A DNA stretch of 63,578 bases, filler included, from Porpidia crustulata (lineage: Eukaryota), in the NCBI GenBank assembly GCA_964255105.1. It is 4 parts of 4 records of this genome, joined end to end, with 100 filler letters (N's around TTAATTAATTAA, not from the genome) between each part and the next. Parts side by side here need not be neighbours in the genome. Positions count along the whole stretch, not along the records: positions 1 to 15,899 come from CAXUWE010000279.1; 3 more parts are not named here. One strand, written 5' to 3'. The number at the start of each line of letters is the position of its first letter. Position 1 is the stretch's first letter. The notes under the pieces were generated by a model. It did no database searches and was not told where the DNA came from. It saw only the letters and a program-made list of their open reading frames with translations. The position numbers were made by a program, and so were the translations under genes. Shown here piece by piece: positions 1 to 13,366 of this stretch.

Positions 1-399
1 AATCAATCCCCCACCCACATCCTCAACTACACCATCGAATCCACAACCACGACAAGCACAAGCACAATCTTAACACCAAGCTTTGAACCCCATAATACGT
101 TCAATAATATGGAAAGCTCAAAAGCGCAATCGAATTTGGCTGGCTGACGGGTGAATGAATGAATGGTTTCAGAAACGCCAGTGGTAAAAGTCGTATCAAG
201 TGTGTTTTGGGGGGATGTATTGCGTTTTCAAGAGGGCAAGGTGACAGGCAAAGGGGTAAAGGGGTAAGTTCGCTAGCTACTAAGGGGGGTTTATGAACGC
301 GACGTTGCGATGGAGGAAAGGGCGGCGAGCGCCTTACTTTGGGGAGTCGTGCTGGAGGTGGAAAATTTATCTACGTTTGGTTTATGATTTGGGTGAAAT

Positions 400-1375
400 G
401 GATAAAGAGGGCAAGCAAGCAGCAAGCGAAAGCTTGGACCGGATCGCCGTCGACAGAAGAAGTGTTCTTCTACACGAGTCCAACATGAAAGCTCCTCGTT
501 CTTCTTCTTCACAGCCGTCTGATTATTAGCTCCGACGGTATTCACACAAGTCAAGTGGACCTCAACAAAACATCTTAGACCGCATCCCCGTACACAACCG
601 TCATCATGGGTGGTGATTACGTAAAGAACGGACTCGGGATCCTTGGTGTTGCGCGAGGGGATATTGACACGATTGGCCGCGACCAGAGCGAGGCCGTGAT
701 CGCGCTCGGGTCTTAGGGTGACAGGATTCCCGTACAACTGGCGACGAGGCATTCGAACCTAGCAGCGGTCGAGCGAGGATATCGCCTCATTTTCCGTTTA
801 CGGCCCCAGCGCATGAAGATGGAGCGTGATCGCGTAAAGCGTCGACCAGGCTGTTACATGTTTGCAGTGATGTTGGGTCTGTTGCGCTTGTCATCGTCGA
901 TGATTTTGTTCCAGCTCGTCATAGGTCTGGGTGCGGAGATCGTTGACGCAGGATAGGGTAAGGGCGTCGTTGCAGGTTCCTTGGTCATACTCCAGAGCGA
1001 TGCCGGGAGAGCGAAGTTTGGGCGCAATGCCCTGGAAGAATAGCGAGCAGGCTTCTTTGGGCGAAGGGCTTGATTGCCGAGATTTGAGCGACGTTGGCGT
1101 TCCGAGGGAATAGTCCCGCTGAAGGTGTTGTTTTGCTCATTGAGGAGCTGGACTGAAAGTGTCCAAATCAAAGGTTGAGGCGTTGAGAGCAAGCTGTCGA
1201 CGGATGTGACGCCGATAGCACGAGCAGTGCTGTTCCCGATCACGCATTGGGGCTGGTTGTATTGATCTAAAGGGCAGTTCACGGCGTCGCAGCTGAATAT
1301 CTCGGCCAATGAAGTGTAGGAAACGCGATTATTGCAAGTATAAACGCTGGCCAGCGGGGTGTTGATGTACCGCAT
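400..1375 (-). pseudogene. Frameshifted remnant of a Cys-rich secreted/GPI-type fungal hypothetical protein
   Basis: A coherent protein emerges only by switching frames: FSCDAVNCPLDQYNQPQCVIGN..NEQNNTF / RDYSLGTP..EACSLFFQGIAPKLRSPG..DQGTCNDALTLSCVNDLR / CNSLVDALRDHAPSSC..GK*GDILARPL..SCHP / LVAANRVNIPSR..EVHLTCVNTVG. Several frameshifts and an in-frame TGA. Confidence 0.65.
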
Positions 1376-2184
1376 GCCGTATTAAGAACGTAATCGAGGT
1401 TTTTTGGAAAATCGGATGATGCTTAAGGCAAGGTGTCAATAAGCCGATGAGACGGTAAGGAAGCAAAGGCAACTGGAAAATAAAAGAATGATATGAAGGA
1501 GGTAGCATGCGCAGACTCCGAATAGGTACATATGTAGGCACCCGGTGGAAATATTCTTTCATTATCCAAAACGCTGCTGGGTGCCTGGAGGTTGATATTT
1601 TCGGCCCCATGAACACAATTGCAATTTTAAGGTCGTGGAAAAGACGTACAACACGACTCAGACTCAGGAAGCAATGGATTTCCATTATGGGCCGCAGTAC
1701 CGAGCGCAAGCAGAGGGATCGCGAAATTATCAGGATGACAAGTCGGTCAGAAAAAGTGAATCTTTCGCTGCGCTTTGCCTGCGGTCCAACGTTGCAATAG
1801 CTTAGAGGGGTGAGAAACAGTTGCATGAAGTAACATGGGACTCACTTCGCCGCATTGAGATTGCTTCAGAAGATGAAATTTGACAATTTCAGGATCATCG
1901 TAATCGCAAAGTGCAACCGTGAATGTTGGCTTGTTGTCTCCTCAGGATGCTTGGCTCTGGATTCTCAATCTGAAGATATAAGTTACGAGTCCGCACGAAG
2001 GTCTTCTCCTCCAGAATCATCACGCACAGTTCAGTATCTCTTCTGTCGACAAAGAACAAACACTTTCAATCTTATCTCCACGATCAACTAAGAGCCACGT
2101 ATACCTTCTCAGTCATCCTTCAAGCTAGTCTTTTCAAAAACTTCATACCTCCCTATTCATCGATCTCTTACACGAGAGCCAACC

Positions 2185-3303
2185 ATGGCGACAGCGGTTA
2201 TCGAAGTCATTGGCGCCCTTGCAGGCATCGTCAGCATTGGCATGATGATTCCCGGACTGATACCCGACAAGGACGAACATAACCCTATCGTAAGGATCGC
2301 AGCTGGTTTGTCAACTAATAGAAGCGATGATACAGCTGGCAACATGCCTGGTGTTGCCCTTTACAATATTATGGGTCGAAAGGTAGGCTCAGTCAAAGGC
2401 AAAAAAGACAAGATCAAAGATGGCGCCTTCATTGACATCAAAGTGCCCTTCGAAAAAGGCATTGGGGCGCAGCCATCGGAATATATAGCTGTCAACGATG
2501 GAGGTGACGATGCCCTATGTATTGCGTACATTGCGCTCACCAACCCGGATGGCATCAAAAAGGCCTGGTATGGCGATGTGGGCAAGTCTTGTGGTGCGGA
2601 CTGATATCATTCTATGTTGAAAACTGGTGACGACGATTATCAGCCATCCTGTACTTGGATTGATCGTAATCGCAGTAACGGTCTTCGTTATCAGGGTCTG
2701 GATCTGCACATCTTCGACTTTGCGGCCACAGAGGAGCGGGCTCAGCAGTTCAACGAGACCAGAGATCTGATGTGCAAGGCTGCCTCGAGATTTCGAATGT
2801 ATGAAAACATGAATTCCGAGGATTATATTTCATACTTCGATCCCCCATTGAAGATGATAGAGAAGACACTTACCGACAAAGATCCCAGCATAGTCATGGA
2901 CAAAGCAACATGGAAATTGCCCAAAGAGGGGAACAACATTAAGATAGCCACCATTCAGACGGACCCCAAGTCCAGGGTCCGTAGGGATACTCATTCGCCA
3001 CAGGGGCTTGCAAATGTAACTACGACCGTTGTTATTATCAGTACGAGCCCGCAACACAGTGCCAGGGAACTCTGCGAAAGCCAAACTTCATGGGGCCATG
3101 ATTTCGTATCGGCCACCGAGAACTTGTTCTGCGACATGAACGCTAAAAAACTTTGGCCAGTGTGTGATACTAAGACGAAAGGCGCCTGCTTCGACACGAT
3201 GACGAGTACGATGAGGGCTGGCAATGGGCTGAGAGGGAGAGACTCACGGTCGGGCCAGGTGCCGCCAGAAAAGTCTTACGGGAAGACTATACGTTGGGAC
3301 TAG
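2185..3303 (+). pseudogene. Intronless Cys-rich fungal hypothetical protein (~372 codons) interrupted by one in-frame TGA (2602-2604)
   Basis: ORFs 2185-2604 and 2614-3303 are in the same frame and read KSCGAD*YHSMLKTG. Hydrophobic N-terminus; C-terminal Cys-rich motifs (HSARELCES, SWGHDFVS, FCDM..KKLWPVC). Confidence 0.75.
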
Positions 3304-3669
3304 GAGCAGTTGAGGAAGCTGGATGCGTGGTCTTTCCTTCTTGCTTTTTATCATGTTTAATCACCGTCATGCCTTGTGAGGGTTTTACCGCAAGGAATAG
3401 GGTTGCGACGTTGATTTAATTATGCTAGTATGCGACCAGAGACTTTGCACTTGAAAGCTCTGGAAAGGGACTTGTATGATAACGTTTGACTTAGCCTTCG
3501 TCGGAGAATAACAGACGTACTGATTGTAGCGCAAAAGCATGATATTGCAAATTTTTCAGGCTTGTCCACGTATTTGACCGTCGCTTGTCATGCTCAATAA
3601 TGCCTAGTCGTCCGAATGTTTGAAATCCCAACGCCAGTAGTCCAGGTCCTCTTCGACAAAGCCATCTTG

Positions 3670-4894
3670 CTAATTCAAGAACTCCTTGTCATATTCCTTT
3701 CCTGTATCGATCCGCTCCCGCTCGTTGGACTTCTTTGACTGCCAGAGAAGCTGCGCCAGAAAGTCAGTATCGTAGTGAGAGAGCATCTTTCTCGTACAAG
3801 CTTTGAAGCCTTGGACATGACGTGGTAGCACCCTTGATATTTTTTGGACCCTAACATGCCGATGAGCTTGCGCTTGAAAGTGCTTGTCACACTGCTTATA
3901 GAAGATCAATAGCCCCCGATGATCCTGCGTTGGCCTGATGTTGTAAGTCTCAAGTATAAGAGCAAGGCCATCAGTGTGGGCCAAGTATATTTGCCTATTG
4001 TACCAGTCTCTCTCGAAGTGCATATTCCAACCTATCCCATCACTGTCGAAAAGCCGTGCCCCATGACCTGAGCCATCGATGTGCTTTAAGAAACGACTCG
4101 ACCGCGAGTCTGTCAATGTCAATGCCATCTTCCCCATCACTTTGAGGTTTCAAGAATATGGCGGACTATTTTACCCTAAGGCCCTGGTCCTTCGCTGGTC
4201 GTGGTACATATCTCCTGTGAAGGCCTTTAGATCCCATCCAGCCGGAGTTGACCTCCAGGCGGGAGAGGCTGGCGCCGAGCTCAAACCTTCCAAATTCAGC
4301 TTTGTTTTGGATTTTGAAAAAGGAATGCCAATTGGTAAGCTATCTATAAGTGACCAGAAAACCTTCATCTTCTCTTCACTCTTTGCTTTCGCAACTTTCT
4401 GGATGTTCAGGCCCATCGAAGAGGCCAAACGAAGGGTCTGGTCCGATTCACGAGATGTTAACTTGGTCTCGAGCACGTACCGATACCAATGAAGCCTCCA
4501 CCGGAGATTACCATGCGAGCCAAGAACATACCGTGCGAGCGTGGGTATCAAGTACCGATTTGACACTCCAAAGCCTTGGAGGGCGGATTGGAGTGCAGAC
4601 CCCAAGCCGGCGAGCTTCATGCCAATGCTGACTTCGGGGTTTCGTTTGAACTTGGCCATCGTATCGGAAATCGTTCTGAAAGATTGTCGGGCGGGGACTG
4701 CCTATCTGAGAAGGCCTATACTCCGGTCTTTGGCTGGACAAGATTATGGTTGTTGTATTGGCGACCGCGTCTTTGTTAGGAACGTCTACGGACAAGCAGC
4801 AACAACGTACGAGCAGCGGTTCCGCCACAATCGGCAAGCTAATATGAGATGCAAAAATCTTGTCGCTGGGCTCATCGGGGCAAGGTCTCGGCAT
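3670..4894 (-). pseudogene. Degraded hypothetical gene with multiple in-frame stops
   Basis: ORFs 4171-4659 and 3670-4140 are in one frame, separated by ALG*NSPPYS*NLKV. A further TAG lies upstream (IGLLR*AVP). No family recognised. Confidence 0.4.
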
Positions 4895-6725
4895 AAATCT
4901 TTCCTTGGCGCTAAAGCTGTAGGCCGGATCCCAGAGGTGCTCTTAATGGAATAGATAGCAGAACAGAAGAAGCTATCTCGTAGGCTATGGCTGCGGGTTT
5001 ATCTACCTACGATCTTCGTGATTCTCGAACTTTTTTGCGGCTGTTACTCTTACATTTCGTTGAATCCTTGTGGATTTTACAGGATCAGCACCAGCTGTAC
5101 AAGACTCAATAGAAGGAATCAAAATTTGCTCTTTTTCTCCTGCGGCTGTTACTCGTGGCGATTCCAGGCAGTCACAGTAAGTCCAACACTAGAAAGTAGA
5201 GGACGATTTAAGAGGTCTCCAAACCCGTAAGTTACTCAAAAGTTTCCAAGAATCAGGGAAACATCCCTTCAAAGAAATGATGTGAAGTATTACGGAAGCT
5301 TCGCAGCGGATAGAAATAATTCCTGCGAGTAAATTTCGGCACTACATGAGCAAGACTCATGGAGAACACCACAAGTTCTGCTATGTGAGATACCAAGTTG
5401 CCGGTGCAGCCCTCCGATACGCAAAAGGTTTAATTGTCAAGTTACTATTTGGCCTGCGCAAAACGCAGTGTACAAAGGCGCTTAGTCCCAGCTTCAAAAC
5501 GGCCGAAGGTTATTCTGTGCCAATAAGCAAGGGTCTAGCACCAGTCCAGATCGCAGGATAGCAACACGGCCATGCTAGTCGCCAGACTCATCATGGTGTC
5601 TCGCGCAGCGCCATGCGGTCCACCGTCGTTTATGTAGTACACACAAAAAAAGTCTAGAACAAAGACGATATCCTCGATCCAGAAGATCTCGTAAATTCCG
5701 GCATGCAGTAACCTTTAGAAGCACGCTGTCGCTTCAAAGGATCCTAAGGGAGTTGTATAGCATGGAGTTCATCCATAGCAAACAAGGCGCAGTTACCCTA
5801 TTGTCTAGGGTGCTGTCAAGAAAGGAGCACGGAAGGCATGGCTATAAGTAGAACCAAGAAAGTGATAGCCATACCGGATTCACAACTGGATCTTTGGGGT
5901 TCCAGCCCTTAATGTCGCAAGTCATGGACTTCGGAGATGTGAATCAGTAATGCCCACGTCGGTCTTCTCGATGTTGGTGTGAAGCGGAAAACCAAAGATA
6001 TTGATTGGGCTCTTCATGCGCTGTAGGCGTCTTATATTGCAGTGTTCAGTCACGATCGACCAGGTTGTACAATCTGTCAACAACGCGATAGACACGACGT
6101 ATGAAATGAGAAGGTCACCTAGAACCTGACAGAACTGCAGTCTTTGTCGCCAACCCCACACAATCCTGCCAATTTACCGTAATTTACCTTACCTTATGAT
6201 GCGATATATGCATCTAGTTTTAGCTTAATAGAGTGTTTTATCCGCCAGAATTAGCGTATGCTACCATAAGTAGGTACATGGAGACAACACATCCCGTCGC
6301 TAACAGCCGCACAGACAAGTGCACCTGAGAGAATTTGCTGGGGGTTGGAGGCGACTCGTGGTGAATGGAAGTCATGTGGGAATAATCCAATCGGTAGTGT
6401 TGTCTTGACCCAAGTGAACAGCTGTACAGCCCGTACCCGCAATTGACAACACCCAGACCACGGACATGGGTGCTTAGCCTCCATCTGCTGCAAGAACACC
6501 GAAAGGTTTATGCACGCTCGAAGCCTCCAACCAAAAGCTACGGATCAACAGTCCAAGTTTGGCATTCGGTATCTTAGTGTTAGTAATTCATCTAGAACCC
6601 ATCAAAGCACCTCTTAAACAGCTTCGAATTGTGCTCTTGCCCTCCACCATTTCTCGTCCATCACCCATCACAACATCACAAGTCAAGAAAACTTTCTTAG
6701 ATTTCTCAAGATGTTAATCAAGGAA

Positions 6726-7777
6726 ATGATCATGGACCCTGATCTGGGATATCCTGCGGAGAAGGAAGAGAAAAAGGTACTCGACCTATGGTCTGAGAGC
6801 ATGTCCTTGGCTCGCATTGTGAAATATAGGGGACGAAGCGCACTGTGAATCACTGACGTTTTTGAAAGGTATCTCTCGAATCTCTGCGCTCCCGCTCCTT
6901 TGCATACCATCTGTACAGCGTATGGCTGTTTACTTTCAGCGATCTCAAGACCATAGTCTTCCCAAGCACGACTTTTGGTGTTGCTACAGCAATGTCTGGA
7001 GATGTCCTGGTCGTTAATGCCGCGCCTAGCGATCTCAAGACGTTGCTTCGCTTACCTCTGGTGGCCTTCTGGGTCTGGTCGAACTTGTTGCCGTTTGCCA
7101 TCAACAATCAGCGCCAACAAAAAGCAATCCAAGAAGATGAATTAAACAAGCCATGGCGTACCATGCCATCGCAACGCTTGACACCGGACGAAGCAAAGAT
7201 TCTGATGCTGATTACCTACCCCGCGGCTCTGGCTCTCAGCATGTATCTTGGTGCGACCAAGCCTTGCGTAGCGTTGATCTTCTTCGGTTGGGTATACAAT
7301 GACCTTGGCGGTGCCGATAGGGATCCTATCGTTCGGAACCTCATCAATGGGATCGGGTATCTATCCTTTGCTTGTGGTGCCACTATTGTTGCAGGCAGCC
7401 ATCAACTGTTCAATGAAATGATATATCGATGGATCCTAGTCATCGGAGCCGTGATAATTACAACAGTCCAGCTCCAAGACATGACGGATCAGGAAGGAGA
7501 CAGTATTCGAGGAAGAAAGACAGTCCCCTTGGTGATTGGTGACGGGCCTGCGAGATGGACAATCGCGGTCCCGGTCGTTCTCTGGAGCCTGTTATGCCCG
7601 GCATTCTGGTCTTTCGATGTAATAGGTTTCATACTCCCAGTGACTATTGGCGTCTCCATCAGCTCTAGGATCCTACTGGTCCGGACCCTCGAGGCAGATA
7701 AGTCGACCTTCAAGTTGTGGAACTTGTGGGTCATGATCCTGTATTTCCTACCATTACTCAAAAGGTGCAGCAGGTGA
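6726..7777 (+). CDS. UbiA-superfamily integral membrane protein, Fma-TC-like (UbiA-type terpene cyclase/prenyltransferase)
   Basis: Exon 1 6726-6776, GT-AG intron 6777-6868 with CTGAC branch site, exon 2 in frame with ORF 6992-7777. Motifs YHLYSVWLFTFSDLKTI, NNQ..EDELNKPWR, YNDLGG, QDMTDQEGD..RGRKT; several transmembrane segments. Confidence 0.85.
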
Positions 7778-10700
7778 TATCAGTGGCGCTAAGGCATGAA
7801 TTATGAATTGTTCGGGGACGGTACTCCACGTAGCTGCCCCAGTGGTTGCAGAAAGGAGCCAACTTACGCATTACAGGGCACCTTCTGGTGATGTGGCTTG
7901 TGAGCTTAATAAAGAGCACAGCACCACCATACTTGCACACCGCTGTCTGCATTGACAGGCATAGGAGTCGCTATTACAAATAGAGAAATTATAGCGGTGC
8001 TTATGCAGCTCAGTCGTCTGTTTCTAAAGCAAGCTCTTATCTCCTTAAGTGTGCGAATCGCCTTCGCATTTCAAATCCGTAAAAAATGGTGAAGGTCCTT
8101 CGTTTGATGCTGTCTCAGCTTAGTTCCATGTTCCCTATCCCTCCTCTTATCATAAGTTCTGGAGCATGCAAAGACGGTGAGAAATCGGAGATCAGTACGT
8201 GAAGTAATGATAGGCGATAGATCAGCAAGTAGACGTTCACTCGCCAACATGACTTCAGTAACGTAGTTGCTTCTCATCCAAATACTTGGCTCGTGTGCGT
8301 AAGTAAAATCTAGCAACGTTAGTTCATAGCTTCATATGCGATCTCGCGATCACTAGCATTAGTTACAGCAGTACCGGTCAGACTCCAACATCAACACACG
8401 TTTATCACTTCTGATTCGCAGCACTCATTAGTGGAAAGTATGGTTAAAACCTCCATACCTGAGGATGAAAATGTAAAGTCTCAAGCCGAGCGGCTTGGGG
8501 CGAATAGGGTGGTGGTCCAGCGGACCTCTCACATCTAGCATGAATTGTTCTAAGGTAGTCGTACGATCGTTGGTGTAAGACGGGTTAATCATATAGTGTA
8601 CTGTAGATGCAATTTCCCACTTTTTGAAGACTTGCAACTGATCTTAGTTCAGCGTATCCATTCAAATAGGGATTCCACGGAACAGAGCATGTATGTCCAT
8701 GGGATATGGTGAGACGGGCAGCGGGGAAAGTAGTCGACTCCACGAGTCTACTCTATCCCTGATTCTTCTCGAGTAGTCGGGTCTTACTAGAATGCGAATT
8801 GTAAGCCGATCGGGCTCCTCAGCAGAAAAGTATGCGGTTTCCTGTTAATTGTCATGTCAGTTGCCTTATCGAGATTGGTGAAATCCTTTGGCTATCCTGT
8901 CGGCGATCGTAACTCGTACAGCTCAGAATTGGAATCTCTAGCTGAAGTCAACTTAATGAGAAAAAAGGCGCGAAGTTTACCAATATATTTCTCGTTGTTC
9001 GGTGTGGGAGTTTGTTGACATGGGTTATAAGAAGTCGGCGCCACTCCATGCTGCATTAGGATATACACGATAAACGTCGGCACCCGACACGTTGCGCCAT
9101 GCAGAAGAAATGGTCGGCCCGCATCTTTTTCCAAGTTGGGTTTAGTCAATTCTTTTGTTATTCAATCCAGCTATCGTTGAGTCACTTCATCGAAAGACTG
9201 ATTAATCGAAAGCTCCAATATGTTGTAGTGGAACTAAGTACGGAGCTTTTTCTTCCATGCTATGTGTGCCACCGGATCGCACGGCGCACACGTCATTTAA
9301 CCCATAATTCACAATTGTTGACCGCAATTTGCGCCAACAGCAACAAATGTGTACGATAACAAGATTTGTTTTCTATAGGGAGTGCGTTCCCCAATTTCGA
9401 CCATTGAGAAAGACATGTACCTGGTACGGTTTATTCTTGCCAAGCATATGCGTACAGACCCACATGTAAGGGCTTCATCATGTTGCCTCATCGCCTATCT
9501 TTGACCTCTCCTTTCAGGAGCATGAGCGATTTTTTTCTTTTTTTGCTAGCTTTTCATATTTGTTGAGCGCCCTGATCCGTGATTGCAGTAGATTGTCGAT
9601 CCTAGGTTGTTTGACATTCTGCCCAGGAATTGTGGTCTTAGCACAACACGAATAAATCTTACTATTGTATGCTATTCGACCTATTTGTCTATGAGTAAAG
9701 AGGAGGCTTTTTGTGATCGGAAGAAGTCGCCTGCTCGCAGTGACGGAATCTTCAAACATCGATGGTAATCATGCTTTGCATTTTCGCTACTCCGCTTCCG
9801 TATGCTTATGGAATTTCAGACCAACACCTGCTATCCCATATCAGCCCCGGCGGCCATGTCCTGAGTCGGGTCATCTCGCTCTATGCTTTTACACCGGAGA
9901 GGCTGGAATTGCGTTGTCCGTCAATACTTTCCTGGTCATATGCGCATGGACTGCTGGGATAAAGACCGAGTCTTGCAGCGTACACACTGCTAAAGGTTCC
10001 CCGAAGCCAGGCTTGGTAGCTAAAGAGAAAGTTATTTTTCCTGTTTCTCGGTATAACTTATTCCGCATGTGTGTGATTGTCCTTGAAAACCCGTAGTGAC
10101 GAAAGGTAACAGCTTTAATATTTGCTGAAGCCGAAACTTCACAATCAGAGTAATTGTCTCTTTGGTCTACCGATCTCGCAGTTTGTTTGAATGACTGAAT
10201 TGTGGAAGAGAGTAGATTGCAATATCAATCATCCTCTACCGTATTCTGTATACCCACGTGTGAGATTGAACAATGAAAAAGACCATTCTATGATAATCAA
10301 CTCTGAGATGATGTATCACGCCGCAGGAAAAAGTTCGTCAGCAGGCTATCAAAGCCTTTGCTTCCTCGCGGCTATAGACTGAGCTTACCAATTAGCGCTA
10401 GGCTATTTTCATATGCGAAGCCTTCGAGGTACTTTTATGTGAGAAAGTCTAAACATCTCCTTGCAAGATCGGTGGAACTAAGTACGGGATTGGTAATCAC
10501 AGATCTCAAACAGCTGACTCGCGTCGAAACCTTCATCAATGGTCTTCTGATTTGAGCTCATGGGGAAGGGGGATCTTAGGTGGATCTTTTGAATATAAAC
10601 CTCGATGAGGAGAATAAAATTGTCCAAAATAGGTTGGGAAATACAAATCAAAGTATAGTGGAATCTACTGGTACCAGCGATTTAGAGCCGCCGGAAGGGA

Positions 10701-10927
10701 GGCGCCTGGCGCGAGACCGCCCGGAGTTTATTTAATCCGGAGTGTTTGTGGGGGAGCGGGGCAGAGAATTTTATGTACACAGGCTGACAGGTAATCAATC
10801 TCGTTGTATTCAAGTTGTGATGCACCGGTCAACCTCTGTATCAGCTGATCACTGGTACTTTCAGCGCGGCAGTAATATGGTCTCTGAGCGTTCAATCAAT
10901 GCTGGCACGACGATATCCCAAACCTGA

Positions 10928-13366
10928 ATGGGTGCAGCGGCTGCTTTTGCCTGGGCTTCAATGACGCAGAGCACGCCTTCTAAGCGGGCAATGCCTATCA
11001 TTCCTGCGATACCACGAAGACTTGAGACCAAGCTATTACACAAAACGAACGCTTCAGCCGTCATTGATCTCAAGGTGGAGAACGCAGAGCAACGGGGAGT
11101 AGACACTGGCAGACATGAAAGTCGCATCAATGATACCCTTAGCCGGGTTGATCCGGAGAGCGCACCAGACGATGCCCCAGCGCCACAGCTTGGAGCCGCA
11201 GCCTGTTTTCGACCACGAGCTGGAGGTAATATAATATAGACTCTCTAAAGCTCAATTACTCCAGCTAATTCCATATCAGATCTGAACAAGGATTCAACCT
11301 TCTCTTCCGAAGATTTTGAAGCTAAGAAAAAAGGACTTCAATCACCTACATCATCCTACTTGGCTCGATCTCGACAAGCGTCACTACCTACCACGCTCCT
11401 TGAATCGATCGAAGCCACAAACTTATCCGTCCGCGTACCTGATACAAGTGTAGTTGATGCTGGAGTCTTTGCAGTAGAGGAAGGTTACTCGGGGTTTACG
11501 GGCCCTTCGCATCTAGAAACGGCTTCTCCACACCATGAAGACCGTATGACTTCACTCGATGCTGTGAGCTCCTCTCCAGATCAGTCCGCGTATCAAGGCT
11601 ATGGCCACATCCAAAGATCGCATGTCTATCCCAAGCCGACTACCCCTACAGCAGCTTCAAAACCTCCAATACAGTCCACGAACGCGTGTGATAGTCTTGC
11701 CAATTCAATATCTTTCTATTCACCACCTAGCTCGTCGTTCAACGATACTTCGCCTCCTACCCAATCTCCTTATCAAGGATACACTTACCATACCTATCCA
11801 AATTGCCGAACCTTACCTTATACCCTGGGCATTCCGCCGCAACAAGGTGTCCTTCCATTCGGAATGGAGTATGTCTCAGAGCAGCCATATTATAGTCAAG
11901 CACCGGCGTTTTCTCCTATGGGAAGCCATCCGCCGCTTACACCTTCCGCGACCCCCCTCAATAGTTCGACGAAAGAGAGTACAGATAATTCATCGGGTTT
12001 TCTTGACTCTACAAATGGAAGTACGAGCACGGCAAACACTTTGCCTAATCATCTCGAGTCCCCACATCTTACTACCTCTGGAAGCACTGAGGAATTTGAT
12101 AATACCCCACCTTTATCCACTAAAGCAACGATTCATTTGCCGAGCGAAACACTGAAAAGAGACCATGCATTTGAAACCTGGCGTACTGCAACTTTGGAAA
12201 ATCTGGAGACTATGTTACCCAACACATCACCAGCTGAATCTTCGTTGGCTATTTACGTACTTCAACATTTCAACACCGACAATACCTACACCGATTGCTG
12301 CTTACAAGTCACGCACAAGAATCATCGTTTCAAAGGTACAGAGATCTGGCTTCATCGGATTCTGGTAGCACAGAGTCCGACTTTACGTACCTTACTGGAC
12401 CGTTCTGAAGCTGGAGCTGGTGGGAAGAGTGCTATATGTCTCGAGGTAGATGACCGTTATTCCACACTCGGCGCAATCAATTCTGCGCTTCGGGTCTGCT
12501 ATGGCGAATCTCCTCTTAGCTTTACAGGCTACGAAGCACATATCGAGCCTTCGAGATCTAATTCCGATGTGTTGGTGTCTTGGATGAACGATGCCTTGGC
12601 ATTCACGGCTGCTGGTCGGTTATTACAGCTGCCTTTGGTCATAACCAGAGGTATACAGATCGTATCCGCCATCTTGAATTGGGATACTATTGAGAGGGTT
12701 CTTTCATTTAGTCTGGATTTTGGCCTTGATCGAATATTCGATGAACTGCCTTCAATCCCGCCTCCAACAAATAACGATGATGTGAGCTCTCCTTCAAACA
12801 CTATTTCTACAGCCGAATTTATACCATCTTCCGCCACACTTGACGTCACGGGGGATAGCAAATGGCAAAACTCATTTCCGGATCCGTTCGAGGATCTTCT
12901 GTACAAATGTCTAGATTTCATTCTCACAAGTTTTCCAAGCTCTTGGAACACTCACGAATCTGCCAGACCTCTCGCAGATTGTGATAGACTACCCACAGTC
13001 AAAGAGAATCGATCACCAATGTCCAAGTCCCGGCTTAGTCGGATTCAATTTGGAGATCATCCACCCGAGAACGCTGTGAATTCAGATGACCACAATATTG
13101 TTTTGTCAAGCATCGTACTTTCATTACCATTTACTACTCTCCGATACATTCTTGACCATGTCGAAGAACCCATCAGGCGCAGGAATATCAGAATAATAAT
13201 CGCTGAGAGGGAACGAAGGCGACAAAGAGTTTTGAAGAGCGAGGACTTTTCTGCTGCACAAAAGGATACTGCTACTGAAGAGTTGGCAGAAGTCGGATGG
13301 AAGGAGTTTGCTCTCACTGAAGGAATCTCCGACCACTCAATTGCGAGGGTATGGACTGGATTCTGA
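10928..13366 (+). CDS. Conserved fungal hypothetical protein: Ser/Pro-rich N-terminal half, BTB/POZ-like C-terminal region
   Basis: Intron 11226-11279 (GT..CTAAT..CAG) joins ORF 10928 in frame to the 668-aa ORF. Motif DCCLQV..LHRILVAQSPTLRTLL is BTB-like. The true start may be the upstream ATG at 10878. Confidence 0.75.

Noticed and set aside
5036..5154. 14-bp direct repeat TGCGGCTGTTACTC (5036 and 5141)
   Set aside because: Only two copies with no array or element structure; not CRISPR-like and too weak to interpret.
7800..10850. Many short ORFs in the gene-poor interval
   Set aside because: No recognisable domains, consistent splice pattern or transposase motifs.
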